Assembly (NCBI GenBank): GCA_043806595.1
Contig: JAZDGU010000004.1
Span: 8,353-72,352 of the forward strand
Direction: 5' to 3'
Length of the DNA stretch: 64,000 nucleotides
Source of the DNA: Candidatus Micrarchaeota archaeon
Lineage (GTDB): Archaea > Micrarchaeota > Micrarchaeia > Norongarragalinales > SBBD01
Under the pieces are notes generated by a model, which was not told the origin of the DNA, did no database searches, and saw only the letters and a list, made by a program, of their open reading frames with translations. A program made the position numbers and the translations under genes. How positions within the stretch are numbered: the stretch's first letter is position 1; the number at the start of each line of letters is the position of its first letter. Below, piece by piece: positions 56,552 through 64,000 of the stretch.

Positions 56552-56585
56552 GGCGCGGGCTCAGACGGCGAGCATGAGGAGGCCG
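56552..56585 (+). repeat. 34-bp perfect direct repeat, upstream copy (pseudo 3' end of small membrane protein gene) flanking RHH-PIN module 3
   Basis: TCAGACGGCGAGCATGAGGAGGCCGATGAACGCG is identical to 57348..57381. Confidence 0.8.
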
Positions 56586-56671
56586 ATGAACGCGGGGAAG
56601 AGACCAGTAAGAAATGAAAAGTATTAAAAATATTAATAGTGTGAATTTTATCAACCGAGGAGGTGATTTGG

Positions 56672-56908
56672 ATGGCGCAGATGCTTTCCGTGCCGCTGCC
56701 GGACGACCTGAAGAAGGACCTCGACAGGCACAAGGAAATTAAGTGGGTGGAGATCGCGAGGCAGGCGCTCAGGGACAAGGTGGAGGCGCTTGACGAGATG
56801 GACGAATTCTTCGCAAAAAGCAGCCTGACGGCGGAGGACGTGGAAAAGCATGCGAGAGCCGTCAGCAAGAACGTGTGGAAGAGGCATAAGAAGGAACTGG
56901 GGCTTTAG
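56672..56908 (+). CDS. RHH-type antitoxin (paralog 3 of 3)
   Basis: 78 aa. MAQMLSVPLPDDLKKDLD. SD GGAGGTGA 6 nt upstream. The ORF track starts at 56663. Confidence 0.6.
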   Translation: MAQMLSVPLPDDLKKDLDRHKEIKWVEIARQALRDKVEALDEMDEFFAKSSLTAEDVEKHARAVSKNVWKRHKKELGL

Positions 56909-57334
56909 ATGCCGATCGAACTAGCAGTGGATGCCAACGTGCTGTTCTCGGCGATGCTCGCGGACGGCACGACCAGGCGGCTCATACTCGACCGGAGGCT
57001 CAGGCTCTGCGCGCCGTCTTATTTGATGGAGGAAATGCTGAGGCACATGCGGGGCGACGACAAGCTCGCAAGAAAGCTGAACCGGACAAAAGAGGAGGCG
57101 GCGATGCAGCTGCAGAGCCTCGGGAGGCACATCGAGGTTGTGCCGCTCGAGGAGTACGGGGCCAGCATACCGGAGGTTCTGAAAGACTGCCCGGATCCCT
57201 TCGATGCCGAGTATCTTGCAGTCGCAAAACGGCGCAGCATCCCATTGTGGACGAACGACAGGAGACTCAAGAACCAGGCGGCCGTTGAAGTGCTGAACAC
57301 GCGCGAGGTCCTCGAACTGCTGGGACGGAAATGA
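56909..57334 (+). CDS. PIN-domain toxin (paralog 3 of 3)
   Basis: 141 aa. MPIELAVDANVLFSAML ... WTNDRRL. ATG abuts the antitoxin stop. Confidence 0.75.
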   Translation: MPIELAVDANVLFSAMLADGTTRRLILDRRLRLCAPSYLMEEMLRHMRGDDKLARKLNRTKEEAAMQLQSLGRHIEVVPLEEYGASIPEVLKDCPDPFDAEYLAVAKRRSIPLWTNDRRLKNQAAVEVLNTREVLELLGRK

Positions 57335-57347
57335 CCGCAGCAGGCGT

Positions 57348-57527
57348 TCAGACGGCGAGCATGAGGAGGCCGATGAACGCGAGGAACACCCCGAAGAGGA
57401 TCACCGCGCCCTGGACGGCGACGCCGAGCATGGCCCAGGCCCCGGCGGACTGGAACCAATAGTACCACGAGGCTGCGATTACCAGGAGGCCGAGGATGAG
57501 AGAAGCTATGCCTGCCTTGCTCAGCAT
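57348..57527 (-). CDS. small membrane protein (59 aa) whose 3' end is duplicated upstream of TA module 3
   Basis: Hand-translated: MLSKAGIASLILGLLVIAASWYYWFQSAGAWAMLGVAVQGAVILFGVFLAFIGLLMLAV. Its last 10 codons plus stop form the 34-bp repeat 57348..57381. Confidence 0.4.
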   Translation of the reverse strand: MLSKAGIASLILGLLVIAASWYYWFQSAGAWAMLGVAVQGAVILFGVFLAFIGLLMLAV

Positions 57528-57545
57528 GTGCCTGCACCCCAGTGC

Positions 57546-57836
57546 CTACTTGATGAAGTCGTCGAGCAGCTCCACCGCGCGCCTGATGCTCTGCGCGATC
57601 TGCTTCTCGCTCTTTGCGCCGCTGCAGATTACCTTGCCGTTCTTGAACAGCAAAAGCGTGGTTCCGATCTCCTTGAGGCGCATGATGGCGCCCGGGAACT
57701 GCTCGGGCTCGTACTCGACGTTGTCGACTTCCATGGCGATGTTGAACAGGTCGAGCTCGACGTTGAGGTTCGCCGAGGCGACGATGTTCTCCACCTTGAA
57801 GCCCATGTTTATGTGCGGGCGTTTTTTCTTGACCAT
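57546..57836 (-). CDS. tbp: single-repeat TATA-box-binding-protein homolog (half-size TBP, 96 aa)
   Basis: ENIVASANLNVELDLFNIA ... EYEPEQFPGAIMRL ... LLLFKNGKVICSGAKSEKQI matches one TBP repeat (closest to the C-terminal repeat). Clean stop. No second repeat is encoded on either side. AT-rich promoter with TTTAAATA and a leaderless start. Confidence 0.7.
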   Translation of the reverse strand: MVKKKRPHINMGFKVENIVASANLNVELDLFNIAMEVDNVEYEPEQFPGAIMRLKEIGTTLLLFKNGKVICSGAKSEKQIAQSIRRAVELLDDFIK

Positions 57837-57881
57837 ACAATAAAAGGGTATTTAAAGGGACTTTAAAAAGCCATCGGTCGG

Positions 57882-58148
57882 CTAGACCAGAAGGTAGATG
57901 AAACCGAGGAAGAACAGGAAGAGGACCGCCGAACCGATCACTGGCCAGGCATGCTCCCACAAGTTGAACAGTAAGACGAATAGCAGTATCGTGGCGGGCA
58001 ACGCCAGCGAGGACCCTACAATCGAGCCTGCGAGTCCTCCCGTGAACGGCCAGAATATCTCTTCTATGGAGAGGTGGAGGTGGCCCTGGAACACGAACAT
58101 GACGACCATGAAGCCCAAGACGAGGGTTATGATGTTGTCCTGCAGCAT
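57882..58148 (-). CDS. small membrane protein
   Basis: 88 aa, three hydrophobic helices. Confidence 0.45.
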   Translation of the reverse strand: MLQDNIITLVLGFMVVMFVFQGHLHLSIEEIFWPFTGGLAGSIVGSSLALPATILLFVLLFNLWEHAWPVIGSAVLFLFFLGFIYLLV

Positions 58149-58373
58149 GCAATCACTACACCACTAAAAGGTAGTTACAAATTTAAAAACCCTGCGGTGC
58201 TTTAAAGCCGTCAAAGGGTTTGCTGAAGAGGCAAATTGACCGGAAGACATGGCCTCCCGATAATCGGGAAGGGGAGGGGGGCGAAGGGTTTAAAATGAAT
58301 CCTCGGCATAAGAGAGCATTCGCTGATTGTGGGCGAATAGGCATAATAGCTAGACTGCGGAAGGGTGTCTTTG

Positions 58374-58649
58374 TTGAAGAGAAGCCACGGCAAATATTCG
58401 GGCAGGGGAAGGAACCTGACGCGCAAGGCCAGGGTGTCCCCGGCGCGCAGGCTCGCCAGCTTCGCTGCGGGGGAGAGGGTGCGCATCGACGTTAACCCGT
58501 CGTTCAAGCACGGCATGCCGCACCTGCGGTTCAACCACAAGATGGCCAAGGTGATCAGAACGCAGGGCAACGGGATCCTGGTCAAGGTATACGACGGAAA
58601 CAAGGAGAAGACGCTGGCGGTTGCGAACGTCCACCTCGCTCGCGGGTGA
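58374..58649 (+). CDS. rpl21e: 50S ribosomal protein L21e
   Basis: KRSHGKYSGRGRNL ... FKHGMPHLRFNHKMAKV ... VKVYDGNKEKTLAVANVHL matches L21e. Start set at the TTG 6 nt after SD GGAAGGGTG (the ORF track's GTG at 58365 is an alternative). Confidence 0.8.
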   Translation: MKRSHGKYSGRGRNLTRKARVSPARRLASFAAGERVRIDVNPSFKHGMPHLRFNHKMAKVIRTQGNGILVKVYDGNKEKTLAVANVHLARG

Positions 58650-58658
58650 AAACAGCAT

Positions 58659-58991
58659 ATGAACGTCGTCGAGGACAAGAAGCTCACTAACGCGGAAGCG
58701 AAGGCACTGCTCACCAGGCGCAAGAAGGACGCGCCGGAGATGGGCTACGAGCAGGCCAATACTCTCGAATACCTCGAGAAGTTCACGCATCTCGACGCGG
58801 ACGACGCGGCGAAGATGCGCAAGGAGCTCGGCGACCTCGGGTTCCTCGAGCCGGGGCAGATAACCGACCTGGCGAACGTCCTGCCGAAGAAGGAGGAGAC
58901 CGTCAGGGCGGTGCTAACGCGGGAGAAGCTGCCGGTGAACGCCGAGCAGGTCAAGGAAGTGCTGAAGGTCTGCAAGAAGTACGCGAAGTGA
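58659..58991 (+). CDS. rpoF: DNA-directed RNA polymerase subunit F (Rpb4 homolog)
   Basis: 110 aa. Conserved archaeal gene order L21e-RpoF-DUF655. Helical HRDC-like composition. Confidence 0.65.
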   Translation: MNVVEDKKLTNAEAKALLTRRKKDAPEMGYEQANTLEYLEKFTHLDADDAAKMRKELGDLGFLEPGQITDLANVLPKKEETVRAVLTREKLPVNAEQVKEVLKVCKKYAK

Positions 58992-58997
58992 GCAAAC

Positions 58998-59615
58998 ATG
59001 TTCAAGAAGGAGGAGCACGCGCTCGTGCTCGACTTCCTGCCGACGGGGAAGGCCGGCGAGGCGAGGCAGGAGCCGACGGCGCAAGTGCTCGGGGAGACCT
59101 ATTTCACGCTGCTTGAGGTCGTGACAAAGCCGGGAGTCGAGCTCAAGCCCCTCGAGAAAGTGTACATCGGCCAGGCGGAGCGCGACAAGGTCGAGAGGAT
59201 AAAGTGCAGGCTGACGTACGCCCAGCTGACGAACTCCGCGCAGCGCGAGGCCGACACCGCGATAAGGCAGATAGTCCCGTCGCGCGAGCAGGACTTCGTC
59301 GGGTTCATCAACCGCGCCGGGCCGATAAACATCCGCATCCACGCGCTCGAGCTGCTGCCTAACATCGGGAAGAAGAACCTCGAGGTGCTTCTCGCCGAGC
59401 GCGACAAGAGGCCGTTCGCGAGCTTCGAGGACATCAAGGCGAGGGTGCCGCACCTCTCGCACGTGCAGGACAGCATCCTCGCGCGAATCATTCAGGAGCT
59501 GAAGGCCGAGGAGAAGTACTACCTTTTCGTCAAGATCCCGCCGAAGGAGGAGACCGGCGAGGGCTACCACGAGAGGAGGTACGGCGACCGGCCATACGGC
59601 GAGCGCAGGTACTGA
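58998..59615 (+). CDS. DUF655 family nucleic-acid-binding protein
   Basis: 205 aa. EHALVLDFLPTGK ... AQVLGETYFTLLEV matches the DUF655 N-terminal OB-like motif. Conserved position after rpoF. Confidence 0.7.
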   Translation: MFKKEEHALVLDFLPTGKAGEARQEPTAQVLGETYFTLLEVVTKPGVELKPLEKVYIGQAERDKVERIKCRLTYAQLTNSAQREADTAIRQIVPSREQDFVGFINRAGPINIRIHALELLPNIGKKNLEVLLAERDKRPFASFEDIKARVPHLSHVQDSILARIIQELKAEEKYYLFVKIPPKEETGEGYHERRYGDRPYGERRY

Positions 59616-59729
59616 GGCTCGACTCAGCGCGCATTGGTTCAACCGCTAGTGGCAGCCAGGGTTCGCACTGGAAACGGGGCCGCAAAGAATTTAATATCAT
59701 TTTGGTATCAAATAGTAGGTGAGGCAAGG

Positions 59730-59984
59730 ATGGAGATGGTGGTCAGGATGGAGGGAATGGTCGAGAACGTCCTCAACAGGCTTGTGGAGAAGGGCTACTT
59801 CAAAACCAAGTCCGAGGCGGTGAGGGCGGGAATCCTCGAGCTGGGGAAGGAATACGCGCTTGTTGGGAGTGAGAAATACCTAGTCAGCCGAAAAATCGCG
59901 CGTTTGGAAAGACTGGCTGACCAAGGAAAGCTCAAATTCACCCCGTTGGAAGAAGTTGCCCGCAAGGCAGGCGTGAAAATATGA
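59730..59984 (+). CDS. RHH (CopG-like) antitoxin (paralog B)
   Basis: 84 aa from the ATG after GGTGAGG SD. MEMVVRMEGMVENVLNRLVEKGYFKTKSEAVRAGILELGKEY. The ORF track starts at 59634. Confidence 0.6.
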   Translation: MEMVVRMEGMVENVLNRLVEKGYFKTKSEAVRAGILELGKEYALVGSEKYLVSRKIARLERLADQGKLKFTPLEEVARKAGVKI

Positions 59985-60238
59985 ATTATGGGGTAGTCTT
60001 CGAATCGGCTGCGGAGAATCAGCTTCTCGGCAAAGATTTTTCGGTACGCAAGAGGCTGATCCAGCGCATCGCCAGAATGCCATTTGAAACCCCGGGGCGC
60101 CATATGGAAAAGGGCCTGCCGTATTTTGTAGCGCAAGCTGGCCAGTATCGGATAATTTATACCTGCAAGGAAGGAGTGAAACGCATTTATTTCGTCGGAG
60201 ACCACAAGGAGTACGAGCGCTGGTACAAACAGTTGTGA
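59981..60238 (+). CDS. relE: RelE/ParE-family toxin (paralog B)
   Basis: 85 aa with 4-nt overlap with the antitoxin. YRIIYTCKEGVKRIYFVGDHKEYERWY. Confidence 0.7.
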   Translation: MNYGVVFESAAENQLLGKDFSVRKRLIQRIARMPFETPGRHMEKGLPYFVAQAGQYRIIYTCKEGVKRIYFVGDHKEYERWYKQL

Positions 60239-60319
60239 GCAGAGCGCCGGCCAAGGTTCAAGTGTGGCTTTTTATTGCTTGATGCAGTGGCTAGTGTGAA
60301 TGCGGGTGCGACTCCTGAC

Positions 60320-61819
60320 ATGCAGCTGAAGGCCAAGATATTCGAGATAGAGCAGGGGCAGAACGAGGTCGTGCTCAACGACGAGCGAGCGCGTGCGCTG
60401 GGGCTGAACATGTCCGACCGCGTGCTCCTGAAGCTGCGGGGCCGCAAGGCCGTCGCCATCGTGGACACCTCCCGCGACTTCATCCGCGAGGACGAGATCG
60501 GGCTCTTCGAGGAGGTCGCGCTGGCCCTAGGCGCGGGCAGGGGCGAGCTCATATCCGTGGACCCCATCGCGCGCCCGAACAGCCTGGACTTCATCCGCAA
60601 GAAGCTGGACGGCAAGGCGCTCTCTGACGCCGAGATTTCCGCGGTCATCGACGACCTCATGCACGAGACGCTTTCCCCGACGGAGCTTGCCGCGTTCATT
60701 GCAGGCATCTACTGCAACGGCATGACCACGGAGGAGACCGCGGGCCTGACGAACGCAATCTGCAACTCGGGGGAGGTGCTGAGCTTCGGCGACGAGATTG
60801 TGGTCAGCTCGCACAGCATCGGCGGGGTTGCGGGAGACCGCGTTTCGCTGCTCATCGTGCCGATCGTCGCGTCGCTCGGCATAAAGATACCCAAGACCGC
60901 GAGCCGCGCGATAAGCAGCGCGAGCGGCACGGCCGACGCGATGGAAGTGCTGACGAAAGTCAGCCTAAGCATCGAAAAGATCCAGGCAGTGGTCAGGAAG
61001 ACTAACGGCTGCCTCGTCTGGGGCGGGAGCGTGCGGCTGGCGAGCGCGGACGACAAGCTCATACGCATACGCAACCCGCTGAGGCTCGACCCCAAGCCCC
61101 TGCTCCTGAGCAGCATTCTCGCCAAGAAGAAGGCCGAGGGCGCGCGGTACGTGATAATCGACATCCCGGTTGGCCGCGGGTCGAAGATAGACCGCCTAGA
61201 CGAGGGCAGGGCGCTCGCGCGCGAGTTCGAGGGCCTTGGGACGCATCTGGGCATGAAGGTGAAGTGCATCCTCAGCGACGGGAGCTCGCCGCTGACGAAC
61301 AACATCGGCCCGGCGCTCGAGGCCAAGGACGCGCTCGAGACGCTCGAGGAGCGAAGGCAGAACATGCTGATGGAGAAGTCGTGCCTCATGGCGGGAATAA
61401 TCCTGCAGATGGTGCGCGGGGTCAGTAGGGAGGAGGGCTACAGGCTCGCCATGCAGCAGGTCATGTCCGGCAAGGCTCTCGAGAAGCTGCAGGAGATAAT
61501 CGTGGAGCAGGGCGGCAGGCAGATCAAGTCGTCGGAAATCAAAACCGGCAGGCTGCGGGCCGCCTACAAGGCCGAGGTCTCCGGAAAGGTGTCGCACGTC
61601 GACAACAAGGCGATATCGAGGGTCTGCAGAATGCTCGGCGCGCCCAGCGAAAAGCAGGCGGGCATAATCCTCAAGGCGAGCAAGGGCCAGCACATCGAGA
61701 AGGGGCAGGAGATAATCGAGCTGGTGACGAACAGCCAGGACAAGCTCGACTACGCGCTCCGGCAGCTCAAGACGATAAACATCTTCGAAGTGGAGAACAT
61801 AATCCTCGACGTGGTGTGA
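60320..61819 (+). CDS. deoA: AMP phosphorylase (thymidine phosphorylase family, archaeal DeoA-type)
   Basis: SHSIGGVAGD, LLIVPIVASLGIKIPKTASRAISSASGTADAMEV and CLVWGGSVRLASADD match the archaeal AMP phosphorylase motifs, including the N-terminal extension domain. Start set at MQLKAKIFEI. Confidence 0.8.
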   Translation: MQLKAKIFEIEQGQNEVVLNDERARALGLNMSDRVLLKLRGRKAVAIVDTSRDFIREDEIGLFEEVALALGAGRGELISVDPIARPNSLDFIRKKLDGKALSDAEISAVIDDLMHETLSPTELAAFIAGIYCNGMTTEETAGLTNAICNSGEVLSFGDEIVVSSHSIGGVAGDRVSLLIVPIVASLGIKIPKTASRAISSASGTADAMEVLTKVSLSIEKIQAVVRKTNGCLVWGGSVRLASADDKLIRIRNPLRLDPKPLLLSSILAKKKAEGARYVIIDIPVGRGSKIDRLDEGRALAREFEGLGTHLGMKVKCILSDGSSPLTNNIGPALEAKDALETLEERRQNMLMEKSCLMAGIILQMVRGVSREEGYRLAMQQVMSGKALEKLQEIIVEQGGRQIKSSEIKTGRLRAAYKAEVSGKVSHVDNKAISRVCRMLGAPSEKQAGIILKASKGQHIEKGQEIIELVTNSQDKLDYALRQLKTINIFEVENIILDVV

Positions 61820-61930
61820 TGCGGCCGCGGTGGCGTCGGACCCGCTGGAAAATCGCGCATGGGAGGACCGGAAACCTCCCCGCTCCAATCAACGATACGC
61901 TTTAAATTGCGCCTTGAGTGTTAGCCCCGT

Positions 61931-62566
61931 ATGGCAAGGCTCGCGTCGGAGAGGGAAAGCAAGGCGCTGATGGAGAAGTACGGCATACCCCACGTGAAGG
62001 AGGAGCAGGCGAAGGACTTCGAGGGCCTGCTGCGCGCGGGCAAGAAGCTGAAGCGGCCGTGGGTGCTGAAAATCATTTCCCCAGAGGCGACGCACAAGAC
62101 GGACAAGGGGCTGGTGCGGCTGCACATCGACGACGAGGGCGAGCTCGTGCGCGCGTTTCAGGAGGTCAGGCGGCGGGCGAGGGGGTTGAAAATCTACTCG
62201 TACCTGCTGCAGGAGCAGAAGAAGGGCGTGGAGCTCATCGTCGGAGGCAAGCGCGACGCGAGCTTCGGCAGGGTTCTCGTGTTCGGCCTCGGCGGTGTGT
62301 TCGTCGAGCTGCTCAAGGAGAGGGCCGTGCGCGTGCTGCCGGTGGGCAGGCGCGAGCTGCACGAGATGGTATGGAAGACGAAGGCGGGCGCGTTCATCCG
62401 GGGATACCGCAACCAGTATATATCCGAAGAAGGCGTGGTCGCGCTGCTCGAAAAGACGGGGAGGATGCTGCAGCGCGAGAACATCGTCGAGCTAGACTTC
62501 AACCCCGTCATCGCGAGCGCGGAAGAGCTGTGGGTGGCGGACGCGAGAATCGTTCTGGGTAAGTGA
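61931..62566 (+). CDS. acdB: acetyl-CoA synthetase (ADP-forming) beta subunit, ATP-grasp domain
   Basis: 211 aa ATP-grasp (LMEKYGIP, PWVLKIIS ... KTD). Immediately upstream of the alpha subunit. Confidence 0.75.
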   Translation: MARLASERESKALMEKYGIPHVKEEQAKDFEGLLRAGKKLKRPWVLKIISPEATHKTDKGLVRLHIDDEGELVRAFQEVRRRARGLKIYSYLLQEQKKGVELIVGGKRDASFGRVLVFGLGGVFVELLKERAVRVLPVGRRELHEMVWKTKAGAFIRGYRNQYISEEGVVALLEKTGRMLQRENIVELDFNPVIASAEELWVADARIVLGK

Positions 62567-62567
62567 C

Positions 62568-63968
62568 ATGGAGAAACGCAAGGCAGCCGCATTGCGCGCG
62601 ATGATGGACCCCCGGGGCATAGCGGTCATCGGGGCGTCGCGCGACGAGGAGAGCGTCGGCTACGGGGTGCTCAAGAGCCTCGTCAAGGGCGGGGTGTTCC
62701 ACTCCGCGGGCGCCAAGCCGTTCGCGGGCGGCGTCTACGCGGTCAACCCCAACGCGCACGAGATTCTCGGAAAGAAGTGCTACGCGCGCGTGCAGGACAT
62801 CCCGGGCAGGGTGGATGCAGCGGTAATCTGCGTGCCCGCGAAAATCGTGCCGCAGGTCATGCGCGACTGCGCGCAGAAGAAGGTCAAGGCGGCGATTCTG
62901 ATTTCGGCTGGATTCGCCGAGACCGGGGAGGCGGGAAGGAGGCTGCAGGAGGAAGTGGTCGCAATAGCGCGCAAGGGCGGCATGGGCGTCCTGGGGCCGA
63001 ACGTGCTCGGGATAATACGGCCGCATTCGTCGCTCAACGCGAGCTTCGCGCTTTCCTCGCCTACTGCCGGAAAAATCGCGTTCGTCTCGCAGAGCGGCGC
63101 GCTCGCGGACAGCATCGTGGACTGGGCGCTCGAGGCTCGCTACGGCTTCTCACTGCTTGCGAGCGTCGGGAACTCGGCGGACATCGACGCGGCCGACCTG
63201 CTGGAGTTCTGCATCAACGACCGCGAGACCAAGGCGGTCGCACTATATCTCGAGGGCCTCAAGGACGGGAGGAGGTTCATGGAAGTCGCGAGGCGCGCGG
63301 CGAGGCGCAAGCCGGTAGTGCTTCTGAAGGGCGGGAGGAGCGAGGGGGGCCGGAAGGCCGTAATCTCGCACACCGCGAGCCTCGCCGGCGACCACGCGGT
63401 ATACGAGGCGGCGATGAGGCAGGCCGGAGCCTTCATGGCGGAGAGCGTCGAGGACCTGCTGGACCTGACGAAGGCGCTGAGCGAGCAGCCCCGGACTAAA
63501 GGGAGGAATGTCGCAATCGTCACCAACGGCGGCGGGGTCGGGGTGCTTGCCGCGGACTACTGCGAACAGTACGGCCTCAACGTGGTCGGATTGAAGGACT
63601 CCACGCTGAAGAAGCTCGACGCCTGCGGGAAGATGCACCCCGCGTATTCGCGGGCGAACCCGCTGGACATCGTAGGCGACGCCCTGCCCGCACGGTACGA
63701 AGCCGCATGCAAAATCCTGCTCGGCGAAAAATACGTCGACGGGCTCATCGTCGTGCAGACGCTGCAGACGATGACCCGCAGCAAGGAGGACGCGGAAGCG
63801 GTAGTGAAGGCGCACGACCGGCATCCCGGGAAGCCCGTGGTCTGCGTGTTCATGGGCGGGCTGTACTCGGCGCCCGGGATCGCGGAGCTGCGCAGGCACA
63901 ACATTCCGGACTACAACGACCCGCTGAAGGCGGTCAAGGTCATGAAGGTGCTCTGCGGGGTAGTCTGA
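62568..63968 (+). CDS. acdA: acetyl-CoA synthetase (ADP-forming) alpha subunit
   Basis: 466 aa. CoA-binding Rossmann (IAVIGAS ... GYGV), a succinyl-CoA-synthetase-like catalytic His region, and ligase-CoA domains. Confidence 0.8.
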   Translation: MEKRKAAALRAMMDPRGIAVIGASRDEESVGYGVLKSLVKGGVFHSAGAKPFAGGVYAVNPNAHEILGKKCYARVQDIPGRVDAAVICVPAKIVPQVMRDCAQKKVKAAILISAGFAETGEAGRRLQEEVVAIARKGGMGVLGPNVLGIIRPHSSLNASFALSSPTAGKIAFVSQSGALADSIVDWALEARYGFSLLASVGNSADIDAADLLEFCINDRETKAVALYLEGLKDGRRFMEVARRAARRKPVVLLKGGRSEGGRKAVISHTASLAGDHAVYEAAMRQAGAFMAESVEDLLDLTKALSEQPRTKGRNVAIVTNGGGVGVLAADYCEQYGLNVVGLKDSTLKKLDACGKMHPAYSRANPLDIVGDALPARYEAACKILLGEKYVDGLIVVQTLQTMTRSKEDAEAVVKAHDRHPGKPVVCVFMGGLYSAPGIAELRRHNIPDYNDPLKAVKVMKVLCGVV

Positions 63969-64000
63969 AAAGAAAGAAAAAAAGAAGGGGCTTGCGCCCG

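Noticed and set aside
1-64000. CRISPR arrays, rRNA genes
   Set aside because: No regularly spaced 25-40-bp repeats with unique spacers and no rRNA-like conserved blocks were seen. The only repeats are the TA-flanking direct repeats and short operator palindromes.

Overview
This is a high-GC (about 65%) archaeal chromosomal segment. Archaeal hallmarks include the thermosome, PCNA, a TBP-like protein, RpoF, ribosomal protein L21e, DUF655, GGGP synthase, the archaeal CCA-adding enzyme, type IA topoisomerase, the PAC2 proteasome assembly chaperone, DUF359 dephospho-CoA kinase, Fap7-like kinase, archaemetzincin and prefoldin. Core metabolism (ATP-citrate-lyase-like 3' fragment, ADP-forming acetyl-CoA synthetase, pyrD-pyrK-pyrC, trpB2, split MetE plus MetF, AMP phosphorylase, ZIP and CPA2 transporters) is interleaved with an accessory layer.

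The accessory layer has three parts:
1. Three type-IV-pilus-like loci, none with a secretion ATPase in cis: a minus-strand operon (small TM protein, 1129-aa secreted protein, TadC-like protein, 34-aa Flp-like pilin); a class-III-signal LamG-domain protein next to a FlaJ/TadC-like two-GspF-domain membrane protein; and a tightly coupled 5-gene operon of pilin-like or signal-anchored secreted proteins.
2. Six toxin-antitoxin modules: three paralogous RHH-PIN pairs, one VapBC-like pair and two paralogous RHH-RelE pairs. Two RHH-PIN modules are bounded by direct repeats in identical cassette-like geometry; one repeat is a perfect 34-bp duplication of the 3' end of a small membrane protein gene.
3. 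A 96-aa single-repeat TBP homolog, a low-GC islet, several Cys-rich or acidic micro-ORFs, and an ORF-free low-GC intergenic region with repeated AATAG motifs.

No CRISPR array, rRNA or convincing tRNA was seen. Many long ORFs in the six-frame track are antisense or alternate-frame artefacts of the high GC content and were rejected.
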